Source: Dehalococcoidia bacterium
GTDB taxonomy: Bacteria > Chloroflexota > Dehalococcoidia > Lucifugimonadales > UBA3495
Length of the DNA stretch: 64,000 nucleotides
Reading direction: 5' to 3'
NCBI GenBank assembly: GCA_965220505.1
Contig: CBDCQE010000001.1
Span: 1,519,144 to 1,583,143 of the forward strand
Part shown: positions 9,122 to 18,057 of the stretch, piece after piece
Layout of the letters: every line of letters starts with the position of its first letter
Position numbering within the stretch: the stretch's first letter is position 1
Notes under the pieces: model-generated
What the model saw: the letters and a program-made list of their open reading frames with translations, nothing else
Databases searched by the model: none
What the model was told of the DNA's origin: nothing
Made by a program: the position numbers and the translations under genes

Positions 9122-10018
9122 ATGGACCCTGCGAAAAATATCGTTGCCGCCGTGCTGGTGATCGTCTTGGGGGTGACGGCCTGCGGTCCAGGGGAGCCGC
9201 CGGAGGTTGCCCCAATCGTGGTCGAAGTCACATCGACGCCCTTGCCAACACCGCCCCCGACCCACACACCTGAACCGACTGATACGCCGCAGCCCACCGC
9301 GACCCCGTACCCGACCTACACGCCAGCGCCTACGCCCACGCCGCAGCCAACGTACACTCCCTACCCGACTTACACGCCGGAGCCAACGGCGCGACCGACG
9401 CCCACCCCGACATCAACCCCCAGCCCCACGGCGACGCCGCGACCGCCCGCCACACCCCGACCGACTGCCACGTTGCGGCCCACTTTCGCGCCGGTGCCTG
9501 TTGCAACGTGGGTGGCAACCGGGAACTGGTATCGGAACACCGACTACGAGCATTCGGTGAGAGAGATTATGGCAGCACAGGGAACGGACGGCGACCCATA
9601 TTTCGCTACTTTGGATTCAGACCCGGAGTCGATAGCCAGCGAGGTCAGTTTGACGTTGGCCTGCATCCTCGGAACCCGGTTGATGTACCTGGAGCCGTAC
9701 TCCGCAGTAGTACCGCAGGCGGTGGACTCATACACGGTCGGGATCTATGACGCTGGCACCAAAAGCTTTGTCACCGGCGCGTCGCACACCTATGCCGACC
9801 CCATCCTGACCGACAACGAAGCCGCCATCTACATTCGCAACAACGCGCAGATCAGCCAGATAGTCGCCGTCATCAAGAAAGCCGACGCGAACCGAAACCC
9901 CAATCGGGCACTGAACGCCGGGATGTTTAGTTTCTCAAAGGACGACGATTTCGCCGCATGGGGGGTGTTCGATGTCACCGGCGTTGACGACGCGCTCGAA
10001 TACCTGGGCTGTTTCTGA
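9122..10018 (+). CDS. Putative lipoprotein with Pro/Thr-rich linker (IS passenger)
   Basis: Hydrophobic signal ending LGVTA-C; PTYTP/PTATP repeats; globular C-terminal domain; GGAGG RBS. Confidence 0.75.
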   Translation: MDPAKNIVAAVLVIVLGVTACGPGEPPEVAPIVVEVTSTPLPTPPPTHTPEPTDTPQPTATPYPTYTPAPTPTPQPTYTPYPTYTPEPTARPTPTPTSTPSPTATPRPPATPRPTATLRPTFAPVPVATWVATGNWYRNTDYEHSVREIMAAQGTDGDPYFATLDSDPESIASEVSLTLACILGTRLMYLEPYSAVVPQAVDSYTVGIYDAGTKSFVTGASHTYADPILTDNEAAIYIRNNAQISQIVAVIKKADANRNPNRALNAGMFSFSKDDDFAAWGVFDVTGVDDALEYLGCF

Positions 10019-10112
10019 AAATTGCCGGCGCAAAAATTCACCACTGACTTCCCGGCTGTTACCATAGCCGCAGGCCCAACCAGGGCCGGAGGAATGATAT
10101 GAACCGAACGGA

Positions 10113-10280
10113 ATAAGGCCGACCCCCAAGACTGTTAGCAGCAGTAGAGGGGTCGGCCTTATAGGTTCCTGCCCGAAATGGAGAAAGGGCAACGTGTAAC
10201 ACGACCGATTTTACCGGCCGGCGGATGCTTTTTGCAACCTCCATTTCGGGCGGCAGACAAACCCCGACCCGAAATGGAGG
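10113..10280 (+). promoter_or_regulatory. Structured leader: 14-bp hairpin plus mutually exclusive 13-bp helices covering an RBS
   Basis: 10113-10126 pairs with 10149-10162; segment 10238-10251 is complementary both to 10171-10183 and to 10268-10280, which holds the GGAGG SD. Confidence 0.5.
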
Positions 10281-10284
10281 GTTT

Positions 10285-10674
10285 ATGTTCCCACCAATCG
10301 AGAGCGTATTCTCGGATTTTTACGCCGGCGGCATCCTGACCTTGCTGCTGTATTTGGTTGGCAAATGGACGCCCATCGCGCGGCGCTGTCTCGCTTCGCA
10401 ATGGGGCCGTGCCCGTCCCAGGCTTGCCGCGGACTACGGCGCGGCGCGGTCGGCTTCTCTCTGGCGCAAGGCATTCGCTACCGTAGCGATACCTGCCGTC
10501 GTGCTCGGTTTCGCCGCCTATGCCGTCACGAGCGCGGTGTACGGAGCCCCGCCGCTGTGGGCGCAGGCTTGGCTCGGCGGTGTTGTCGTGGCCGGCGTCC
10601 TCGGATGCGCTGCACGGGAGGGCTGGCTGACCGGGCGCTGGGCGGTGCGCCGGGCCCGCCGCCTGCTGGCGTAG
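10285..10674 (+). CDS. Small membrane protein, about 3 hydrophobic segments (IS passenger)
   Basis: GGAGG RBS before ATG 10285; hydrophobic stretches separated by Arg-rich loops. Confidence 0.55.
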   Translation: MFPPIESVFSDFYAGGILTLLLYLVGKWTPIARRCLASQWGRARPRLAADYGAARSASLWRKAFATVAIPAVVLGFAAYAVTSAVYGAPPLWAQAWLGGVVVAGVLGCAAREGWLTGRWAVRRARRLLA

Positions 10675-10724
10675 GCAGGGGTGCCCCCGGCCCCATGCTA
10701 CAATTCGGGCCGGGGGTGATCCCG

Positions 10725-11678
10725 ATGGCAGAGTTCACCAAAACCGTTACGATCAACTGCCCGTATTGCGGCGACGGCGGCATTGTGAAGAACGGCCACA
10801 ACGTCGCCGGAAACCAGCGGTACCGCTGTAAGACCTGCCGTAAGTCATTCCTGGACACAGGCGCGGTGCATGGGCGCAAAGCTCCCAGCGAGATCATCGG
10901 CGCTGCCGTGCGGATGTACTACGGCGGGATGTCGTACAAGCAGATTGCGGAGACCCTGGCCGACACCTACGACGTTCCCGAACCCTCGAAGCAGTCGATC
11001 TATGCGTGGGTGAAGAAGTACACCGACGACGCGGTGAAGGCTATGGCGGAGCACCCGGCGCAGACCGGGCCGGAGTGGGTGGCCGACGAAATGATGGTGG
11101 ACGTTGGCGGGGAAAAGATGTGGAACTGGAACGTCATGGATGCCAAGACCCGCTACATCCTGGCGTCGTATCTGTCACCCCGGCGGGACACCAACGCGGC
11201 GACGCGGACGCTGCGAAAGGCCAAGCGGTTTGCGGCCAACGCGCCGGAGCGCATTCGCACGGACCGGCTGGGGTCGTACACCGAAGCCATCAAGCGGGTG
11301 TTCCCGGACGCTACACATATCCAGTCGGACGGGATCAAGGCCATCGTCAATAACAACCTGTCCGAGCGGTTGCAGGGAACGTTCCGGTCGCGCACGAAAA
11401 CGCTGCGGGGATTGGAGACCCGGCGGACGGGTCAGCGGTTCCTGGACGGTTGGGTGGTGACGTACAACCTGTTCCGCGACCACGAGGGGGCGGACGGGAA
11501 CCCGCCGGCAGAGAAGGCCGGCGTCAGGCCACCGTTCGAAGAATGGGCCGACGTGGTGCGCGGTACGCCGGCCAGAGGGTCAGGTGTGGGGATACGGAAG
11601 CCGCAGCCGCCGAACAAGGGCAGGGCGAAACGGGGTCATGCCAGCGCCGGGCGTACCGCCAGCGTGAAGCGCAGATAG
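10725..11678 (+). CDS. IS6-family DDE transposase with N-terminal zinc ribbon
   Basis: CPYC...KNG....QRYRCKTC; HTH-like GMSYKQIAETL; D (WVADEM), D (IRTDRL), E (NNLSERLQ). Confidence 0.9.
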   Translation: MAEFTKTVTINCPYCGDGGIVKNGHNVAGNQRYRCKTCRKSFLDTGAVHGRKAPSEIIGAAVRMYYGGMSYKQIAETLADTYDVPEPSKQSIYAWVKKYTDDAVKAMAEHPAQTGPEWVADEMMVDVGGEKMWNWNVMDAKTRYILASYLSPRRDTNAATRTLRKAKRFAANAPERIRTDRLGSYTEAIKRVFPDATHIQSDGIKAIVNNNLSERLQGTFRSRTKTLRGLETRRTGQRFLDGWVVTYNLFRDHEGADGNPPAEKAGVRPPFEEWADVVRGTPARGSGVGIRKPQPPNKGRAKRGHASAGRTASVKRR

Positions 11679-11729
11679 CCCCCAAATTGCCATCCACTGT
11701 AACCAAACGGAACCGGAGCAGGGCCACAA

Positions 11730-11758
11730 TTGACACCCGAAACGGCGGCTGATAGGAT
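11730..11758 (+). promoter_or_regulatory. Sigma70 promoter
   Basis: TTGACA 11730-11735, 17-bp spacer, TG-n-TAGGAT (hexamer 11753-11758). Confidence 0.65.
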
Positions 11759-11798
11759 TTTCGCGCTGTTCAAAAACCGCTTTGGAGTAGTTGTACCG

Positions 11799-12008
11799 GT
11801 GTTTGCCAACAACGAAAGTAGCCCTTCGGGACCCTCGCGTCGACGCTTTTTGGGGGTGCTCGGCGCCGGCATCGCGGGGGCCGCAGTGGTAACGTCGATG
11901 CTGTCGTTCGGGCGGCGCAACAACACGGCCGAGGCGGCGAATGAGTTCCCCGGGCCCGGTTCGATGTTCCACCCGGCTCAAGACCCGAGGACTGACCCGC
12001 GTCGCTAA
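11799..12008 (+). CDS. Small protein with twin-arginine-like motif
   Basis: SRRRFLGVLGAG then a hydrophobic helix; own promoter and terminator; GTG start inferred. Confidence 0.55.
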   Translation: MFANNESSPSGPSRRRFLGVLGAGIAGAAVVTSMLSFGRRNNTAEAANEFPGPGSMFHPAQDPRTDPRR

Positions 12009-12037
12009 CCGATCCGCCGACCAACGACTATTGCCAC

Positions 12038-12068
12038 GGGGCAGCCGGTACGGCTGCCCCTGAGTTTT
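12038..12068 (+). terminator. Intrinsic terminator hairpin between convergent genes
   Basis: GGGGCAGCCG-GTA-CGGCTGCCCC followed by TGAGTTTT. Confidence 0.65.
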
Positions 12069-12077
12069 GTCTTCTGT

Positions 12078-13814
12078 TCAGCGCCGACCGAATTCGCGTT
12101 CCAACTGGTATTCGGAGAAATGGATCACCGTGGGTCGCCCGTGGGGGCAGTTGTGCGGATTTTCCGTGGTCTCCAGTTGGCGGAGCAGCGCGTCCATCTC
12201 CTCCGGCGCCAGCGTCATCCCCGCTCGTACGGCCCCGTGACACGCAACTGTGGCTGCCAGCGCGTCCTCTCGCTCCATCACTACCTGTTCCACCGCCACC
12301 GCATCCAGCAGATCAGACAATGCGACGGCCGGGTCGGGGTTGGCTCGGGCAGCCAATCCGGCGGGAAGAGCACGAACCAGCCAGGCATTGTCCCCGAAGT
12401 GATCCAGCACAAACCCATAGTCCGCAAGCAGGTCGGCGTAGCTGCCCATAGTAACCGCCTGGGCCGCGGATAACTCGGCTGTGAGGGGAGCGAGCAACGG
12501 CTGCGAAGGTCGCTCGCCTCCTTGCATGCGCCGGCGGATCTGATCGAAGACGACCCGTTCGTGAGCCGCGTGTTGGTCGACCAGGTACATGCCGGACCTC
12601 CCCTCAGCCACAATATAGGTCTGGCGTATCTGACCGACGACACGCAGGTCTGCCAAAACGTCTCGCAGCGACCCCTCGGCCCGGGCCAGCGTTGTGGTGG
12701 GCAGCGCGATGCCATCGGTTCGCGGCGGCGCACCACCAGTGGAAGGCAGGCGTGGAGTTTCCGGAGATGACGGTGGCGGCGGACCCGCATCGACGGGAGT
12801 GAATGATCGCGTCGCCGTCCGCACTGGAGCGTGCGCGACCAGTGCCTCCCGCACGGCCCGCTGCACCAGAGAAAACAACCGGTCTCCATCCCGAAATCGC
12901 ACCTCTCGCTTGGTGGGATGGGAATTGACGTCCACCTGTTCGGTGGGTACAGAAATATTGATCACAGCGAACGGAAAGCGGCGGTCCGGGAGGGTTCCCT
13001 GATATGCCTGCTCGATGGCGTAGTAGATGGAGCGGTCGTAAACCCAACGGCGGTTGACCAGGAGGGTAGTGTAGGAACGGTTGCGCCGGTTGAGGTCCGG
13101 GGCGCCGGTGTATCCATCGACGGCCACCTCACCGTCGGTAAGCGAAACTGGCAACATTCGACCGGCGACTTCCGCCCCATAGATGGACAGGATAGCGTCC
13201 TGCAACCGGCCGGACCCCGGGGTGCTGATCGCCTCGCGCCCGTCAACCGATAGAGTGAACCGGACCTCAGGGTGGGCCAGGCCATAACGGGTGATCACTT
13301 CCTGGATGCGCGCAGCCTCGGCCGCCGCCGAGCGCAGGAACCTGCGTCGGGCGGGTAACTCACCGAACAGATCGGCGACCTGGACCGATGTACCCGGAGG
13401 GCACCCTTGATGCCGCTGTCCCACGCAAGCGCCGTGGCGAAACTCGATGCGGGCTCCCGCTTCCGTATCGGTCGGGCGCGTCGTGCACACAACCCGGGCA
13501 ACGGCGGCTACGCTGGGCAACGCCTCGCCGCGGAACCCAAGGGTGGAAACCGTGTTCAGATCCTCAACCGTGGCAAGCTTGCTCGTGGCGTGGTGGCGAA
13601 ACGCCAGGTCCAGTTCATCGGGCGCAATGCCGCAGCCGTCGTCGGTGACGCTTATTTCGGCGACGCCTCCTTCGCGGATGGAAACCGTGATGCTCGTTGC
13701 CCCGGCGTCCAAGGAGTTTTCCACCAGCTCCTTGACCACCGAAGCCGGCCGCTCAATGACCTCGCCGGCCGCGATCTGGGCGGCGACGTGGGGCGGGAGT
13801 TGCTGGATCGGCAT
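12078..13814 (-). CDS. mutL: DNA mismatch repair endonuclease MutL
   Basis: IAAGEVIERPASVVKELVENSLDAGA, GFRGEAL, DQHAAHER, CPHGRP. Confidence 0.97.
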   Translation of the reverse strand: MPIQQLPPHVAAQIAAGEVIERPASVVKELVENSLDAGATSITVSIREGGVAEISVTDDGCGIAPDELDLAFRHHATSKLATVEDLNTVSTLGFRGEALPSVAAVARVVCTTRPTDTEAGARIEFRHGACVGQRHQGCPPGTSVQVADLFGELPARRRFLRSAAAEAARIQEVITRYGLAHPEVRFTLSVDGREAISTPGSGRLQDAILSIYGAEVAGRMLPVSLTDGEVAVDGYTGAPDLNRRNRSYTTLLVNRRWVYDRSIYYAIEQAYQGTLPDRRFPFAVINISVPTEQVDVNSHPTKREVRFRDGDRLFSLVQRAVREALVAHAPVRTATRSFTPVDAGPPPPSSPETPRLPSTGGAPPRTDGIALPTTTLARAEGSLRDVLADLRVVGQIRQTYIVAEGRSGMYLVDQHAAHERVVFDQIRRRMQGGERPSQPLLAPLTAELSAAQAVTMGSYADLLADYGFVLDHFGDNAWLVRALPAGLAARANPDPAVALSDLLDAVAVEQVVMEREDALAATVACHGAVRAGMTLAPEEMDALLRQLETTENPHNCPHGRPTVIHFSEYQLEREFGRR

Positions 13815-13820
13815 AGGCAG

Positions 13821-14078
13821 TCAGTCGCGGATGAGGCCCAAGCGAATAAGGTCCTCTTCGGTCCATTGGGCTTGCCTCTCGATGACGCGGCGCAGAGTTC
13901 CCAAACTGAGGGTCTGGCCCCGACCGTGCCAAGCGAGCGTTACGTTCCGATGGGTGGCGTAGTCGCGATATTGGCGATGACCGCCACCTCTACCGACAGG
14001 CACAAAACCGTCCCGGAATAGTGCGCTCTCAATCTCGCGGGCAGTTATGTTTCTGATCCGTTGGTAGTTTATGGGCAT
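13821..14078 (-). CDS. HicA family toxin
   Basis: TAREIESALFRDGF.....GGHRQY....RNVTLAWH......GTLRRVIE. Confidence 0.8.
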   Translation of the reverse strand: MPINYQRIRNITAREIESALFRDGFVPVGRGGGHRQYRDYATHRNVTLAWHGRGQTLSLGTLRRVIERQAQWTEEDLIRLGLIRD

Positions 14079-14114
14079 AGGAACCGAGACCAACCATGGA
14101 TCCACTCATCACTG

Positions 14115-14606
14115 CTATCGTATTCGGATCTCTTCAACCGGGTTGCTCCGGGTTTCAGGCGTAAAGATCCGCGAGACCAGACCACCCGTGCGGGTTTCTC
14201 TCAAGGTTCGCCGAGCGTGTATTGCCGCCAAAACATCGTCCATGGCTATGTATATCATCCGATAGACATCATCGGGGCCGGCGAAGGAGAGGCCATCCAC
14301 AGGCATGCCGCCGTGTGAGGCTATCGCGTCAGGGTACTCAGGAGCACATTTGACATGGAGAAAATCCGGCGCATCTTGAATGCTGGGTTTAGAGAACTCC
14401 CAGGGTGGGCTGGGCGTGACCGGCCATTCAATCATGCCTTCTTCGATTTCCCCGACTATCATCTCGAGGACTTCCTTGATGTTGGCGGCCGCCTCTTCCG
14501 GCGTACTTCCGAATGTGGCTGCCCCCAAATGCTCCCACGCTGGATAGTACGATTGCCATACGTCCTCGTCTGGCTCAATCACCACCTTGAATGCCAGCAA
14601 ATCCAT
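14115..14606 (-). CDS. HicB family antitoxin with C-terminal extension
   Basis: FKVVIEPDED...YYPAW...GAATFGSTPEEAAANIKEVLEM; GGAGG RBS. Confidence 0.8.
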   Translation of the reverse strand: MDLLAFKVVIEPDEDVWQSYYPAWEHLGAATFGSTPEEAAANIKEVLEMIVGEIEEGMIEWPVTPSPPWEFSKPSIQDAPDFLHVKCAPEYPDAIASHGGMPVDGLSFAGPDDVYRMIYIAMDDVLAAIHARRTLRETRTGGLVSRIFTPETRSNPVEEIRIR

Positions 14607-14662
14607 GGTGTTACCTCCCACCAACTTTACAGCCTGTCACGAGACACCGCCCGGGCACGCCG

Positions 14663-15100
14663 CTAGAACAAGGGGATCTTAGTGCCCTTGGCGCGGTACT
14701 GGCGGTCTTCGGAGTCGCCGGTTTCCTGGAAATCACAGATGATCCGGTAAATGCGATCCATCTCGTGGTCGACGCTTCGGGAGAAGAAATAGGGCGGCAC
14801 CCAGACACCGCCGAAAGCCGCCACGATCTCAGGATAATCGTCGATCACGAACTCGGGTTCCACCGGAATCTTCAACTCCGGTAAGCGTTCGTGAAAATGA
14901 TGCGTTGGTTTCTCATATACGCCGGATACGAACCGATGCAGGTCGTGCTTCTCAATCACCTCCCAGCGCTCGCCCATGCCCGACCAGATGTAGATCTCAT
15001 GGCCGTCATCAAGGAGTTTCTGAAAGGTGTCCACGGTGCCAGGGCGAAGGGTGTCGTCCAGGCCCAGTATGGTGTAGTCGACGTCGAAAAATATTTTCAT
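14663..15100 (-). CDS. HAD-superfamily hydrolase (capless type)
   Basis: IFFDVDYT motif I, LRPG, IWSG, K, FVIDD motif IV. Confidence 0.75.
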   Translation of the reverse strand: MKIFFDVDYTILGLDDTLRPGTVDTFQKLLDDGHEIYIWSGMGERWEVIEKHDLHRFVSGVYEKPTHHFHERLPELKIPVEPEFVIDDYPEIVAAFGGVWVPPYFFSRSVDHEMDRIYRIICDFQETGDSEDRQYRAKGTKIPLF

Positions 15101-15148
15101 AATCGGTTTGTTGTCCTGGCGGCGTTGCGAGTGTCAGCGCGGATCGAA

Positions 15149-15511
15149 TCAGGAACCGAGCGCTTCGGTCATGGTCTTGACGCTCGCCCCTACGATCAGG
15201 CGGTCACCCAGACGCACGATGGGACGGCGCACCAGGCGCGGCTCTTCGAGCATCAACGACAACTTCCGTTCATCGGAAAGGTCGGCCGCGTTCAGGCCCA
15301 TTTTCTTCAGTGACGGGCTGCGCGCGGCAAACATGCCAGTCACGCCCGGCTCTCCCAACTCGGCGACGAGATCACGTAGCTCCGTTTCGGAGAGTGGTTC
15401 TTTGAAATAATCGCGTTCTTCGACCGTGTAGCCGTTTTGTACGAGCAACTCTCGCACCTTGCGACAGCTGCTTCAACGTGGCCACCAGTACATCGTCGCT
15501 GTAGCGCCCAT
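15149..15511 (-). CDS. ArsC/Spx/MgsR family protein with UxxC motif (putative selenoprotein, 120 aa)
   Basis: GGAGG-ATG at 15511 reads MGATATMYWWPR-TGA(15473-15475)-SSCRKVRELL; C-terminal EEPRLVRRPIV; hairpin directly after the TGA. Confidence 0.85.
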
Positions 15512-15693
15512 GGGATCCTCCCGACGAACCCGGTAAACATTGGTGCGGCAGTCGCTATTTTATAACGATATTGGGCTTTGGCATAAGTGGGGCGCACGTA
15601 AATTTTGTGTAATGTCCAAGGCGCCCCGAGTGGGGCAAGCAGGCGTTCACTGTGCTATAATCTGCGGCACCACGGAAGCAGGGAACACTAATC

Positions 15694-15906
15694 ATGCAGT
15701 GCCAGATATGCAACAAGTCCGGTATGACCGGCAACAACGTGAGCCACTCCAACCGCAAGACCAAAACGCGGTGGAAGGCCAACGTTCATAAGCAGACGTT
15801 AGCCATTGACGGCAAGCCGACCCGGGTAAAGATCTGCTCGCGGTGCCTTCGCACGATGTACAAGCCACCCCGGGGCAAGAAGGCCAGGGCCAGAGCGGCC
15901 GCTTAG
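15694..15906 (+). CDS. rpmB: 50S ribosomal protein L28
   Basis: CQICNK..MTGNNVSHSNRKTKTRWKANV...ICSRCLR. Confidence 0.96.
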   Translation: MQCQICNKSGMTGNNVSHSNRKTKTRWKANVHKQTLAIDGKPTRVKICSRCLRTMYKPPRGKKARARAAA

Positions 15907-15934
15907 CGTCACAACGCTGGACCCGGTTGAGCAT

Positions 15935-15959
15935 TAGGAGCGAAAGTGTTCGCCCCTAC
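15935..15959 (-). repeat. REP-like palindrome (GTAG type)
   Basis: Minus strand GTAGGGGCGAA-CACT-TTCGCTCCTA; overlaps the rpe stop codon. Confidence 0.55.
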
Positions 15960-16654
15960 ATTTTTCCCGGAGACATGCCGGAAACCGTGTCCCTCAGGGC
16001 GGCCATAGCCTCCGCCACCGACTGATCGCGGTTGAAAATCGCGGTACCAGCGACCAGGATTCCGGCGCCGGCCGCCACTGAATCACGGGCGGTGTAATCG
16101 GCTTTCACCCCGCCGTCGACCTCCAATTGCACGGAGTAACCGTTGTCGTCGATGGTGCGATACAACCGGCGCAGCTTCCCCATTGCTGATGGGATGAAGG
16201 ACTGACCGCCAAACCCCGGGTTGACGGTCATAACCAGCACGATGTCCAGGTCCGGCAGCACCTCTTCGACCGCCGCTATCGGTGTCGCCGGATTTATGGC
16301 GACGCCGACCTGGCAGCCCTGCTCTTTGATGTAGCCGACGGTGCGGTGCAGGTGAGTACAGGCCTCGGCATGCACCAGGACCTGGTCGTTGATGTCCTTG
16401 ACCAATCCCGGCAGCAGCCGGTCGGGCTCATGGACCATGAGGTGGATGTTCAACGGCAGGGACGTGGCGCTTCGAATGGCGTCCACAACAACCTCGCCAA
16501 AGGAAATATTGGGGACAAAACGGCCGTCCATTACGTCGACGTGGATCAGGTCGGCCCCGGCCGCCTCAGCATCTGCCACCTGCTGGGCCAGGCGACCGAA
16601 ATCGGCCGCGAGGACCGATGGAGCGATCTGGACGTGCGCGGCGGTGGAGGTCAC
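15956..16654 (-). CDS. rpe: Ribulose-phosphate 3-epimerase
   Basis: IAPSVLAADF, HVDVMDGRFVPNISFG, MTVNPGFGGQ, EVDGG. Confidence 0.96.
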   Translation of the reverse strand: MTSTAAHVQIAPSVLAADFGRLAQQVADAEAAGADLIHVDVMDGRFVPNISFGEVVVDAIRSATSLPLNIHLMVHEPDRLLPGLVKDINDQVLVHAEACTHLHRTVGYIKEQGCQVGVAINPATPIAAVEEVLPDLDIVLVMTVNPGFGGQSFIPSAMGKLRRLYRTIDDNGYSVQLEVDGGVKADYTARDSVAAGAGILVAGTAIFNRDQSVAEAMAALRDTVSGMSPGKM

Positions 16655-17997
16655 GGCGCCTCGGCAGCCAACAGGATCTGCCTGGCCCGGTCGATGCCTT
16701 CGGCAACACGGTTGGACGCCGTGCCGCCCGGGTTGTCGCGTGCGGCTACCGACGCGGCGGCGGTGATGGCGTACACGTCCTCGTCGAATTGGGGCGCGAA
16801 ACGGCGGTATTCGGCCATCGGCAAATCAGAGAGGGACAGACCGTCGGCCTCGCAATGCTGGCACAGGCGGCGCATGACGCCGTGGGCGTCGCGGAAAGGC
16901 ACGCCCTTGCCCACCAGGTAATCGGCCAGGTCGGTGGCGAGCATGTAGCTCTCGCCAGCCAGGGATTCGACGCGGTCGGCGTTCAGTTTCATCCCGGGCA
17001 GCATGTCGGCAAAAACGGACAGGGTTGACAGCAGGGTGTCCACGGTGTCGAAGAAACCCTCCTTGTCCTCCTGCAGGTCCCGGTTGTAAGTCAGGGGCAG
17101 CCCCTTGAGAACCGTCAGAATACCCATCAGGCTGCCGTACACCCGGCCCGTTTTTCCCCTTGCTATCTCCGCGAAATCGGGGTTCCGCTTCTGGGGCATG
17201 ATGCTGCTGCCGGTGGTGAATTCGTCAGCCAAACGCACGAAGTCGAACTCGCGGCTGGACCAGATGACAATCTCCTCGGACAGCCGGGAAACGTGCATCA
17301 TGGCAATTGCCGCAGCAGAATGAAACTCGGCGAGGAAATCCCGGTCGGCAACGGCGTCCATGCTGTTCGGGCTGATTTCTGAAAATTCCAGGGCCGAGGC
17401 AACGGCGCGGCGATCCGTGGGATAGGGCACGCCGGCCAGCGCGCCGCTGCCCAGCGGGAGCACGTCCATCCGGGCCGCGCAGTCAGCGAACCGGCCAACA
17501 TCGCGTTCCAACATCTCGAAGTAGGCCAGCATGTGATGGGCAAACAGAACCGGCTGGGCGCGCTGCAGATGAGTATAGCCCGGCATCACGACGCCAACGT
17601 ATCTCTCCGCCAGAGCGACGAGGGCCCGCTGCACTGATCGCAAGCCTGACACCGTGTCGTTGATGGCAGCCCGGGTGTAGAGGCGCATGTCCAGGGCAAT
17701 TTGGTCGTTGCGTGAGCGCCCGGTGTGCAAACGCGCCCCGGCGGGACCAATCAGGTCGGTCAGCCGGCTTTCAATGTTCATGTGCAGGTCTTCGAGGGCA
17801 GGATCCCAAGGGAAATCGCCCCGCTCGATTTCTTCCTGCACCGCGGTAAGGCCGTCGATTATCGCGTCGGCGTCGTCCTCGGCAATGATGCCCTGCTTGG
17901 CAAGCATAGCAGCGTGGGCCTTGGAGCCGGCGATATCCTGCCGGTAAAGCCTGCGGTCGTAGTCTATGGAGACGGTGTAGTCGCTGTGATCCTGCAT
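16651..17997 (-). CDS. argH: Argininosuccinate lyase
   Basis: EDLHMNIE, HTGRSRNDQ, PGYTHLQRAQP, GSSIMPQKRNPD, YNRDLQEDK; start uncertain (17997 or 18012). Confidence 0.95.
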   Translation of the reverse strand: MQDHSDYTVSIDYDRRLYRQDIAGSKAHAAMLAKQGIIAEDDADAIIDGLTAVQEEIERGDFPWDPALEDLHMNIESRLTDLIGPAGARLHTGRSRNDQIALDMRLYTRAAINDTVSGLRSVQRALVALAERYVGVVMPGYTHLQRAQPVLFAHHMLAYFEMLERDVGRFADCAARMDVLPLGSGALAGVPYPTDRRAVASALEFSEISPNSMDAVADRDFLAEFHSAAAIAMMHVSRLSEEIVIWSSREFDFVRLADEFTTGSSIMPQKRNPDFAEIARGKTGRVYGSLMGILTVLKGLPLTYNRDLQEDKEGFFDTVDTLLSTLSVFADMLPGMKLNADRVESLAGESYMLATDLADYLVGKGVPFRDAHGVMRRLCQHCEADGLSLSDLPMAEYRRFAPQFDEDVYAITAAASVAARDNPGGTASNRVAEGIDRARQILLAAEAP

Positions 17998-18057
17998 TAG
18001 CGCACAGACCATCGGCGTACCGATAGTCAGGAGGTTGTAGTCGGGGAGCCGGGCGGC

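Larger units (their letters stand above)
8873..11714 (+). mobile_element. Complete IS6-family element with passenger genes (2,842 bp)
   Basis: Left end GGTTCCGTTTGATT (8873) and right end AACCAAACGGAACC (ends 11714) form a 13/14 inverted repeat; 8-bp direct repeat GGAGCAGG at 8865-8872 and 11715-11722; internal DDE transposase. Confidence 0.88.

Noticed and set aside
9232-9490. Repetitive DNA that could suggest a CRISPR or tandem array
   Set aside because: Degenerate coding repeats of a Pro/Thr linker; no constant repeat-spacer period and no cas genes in the window
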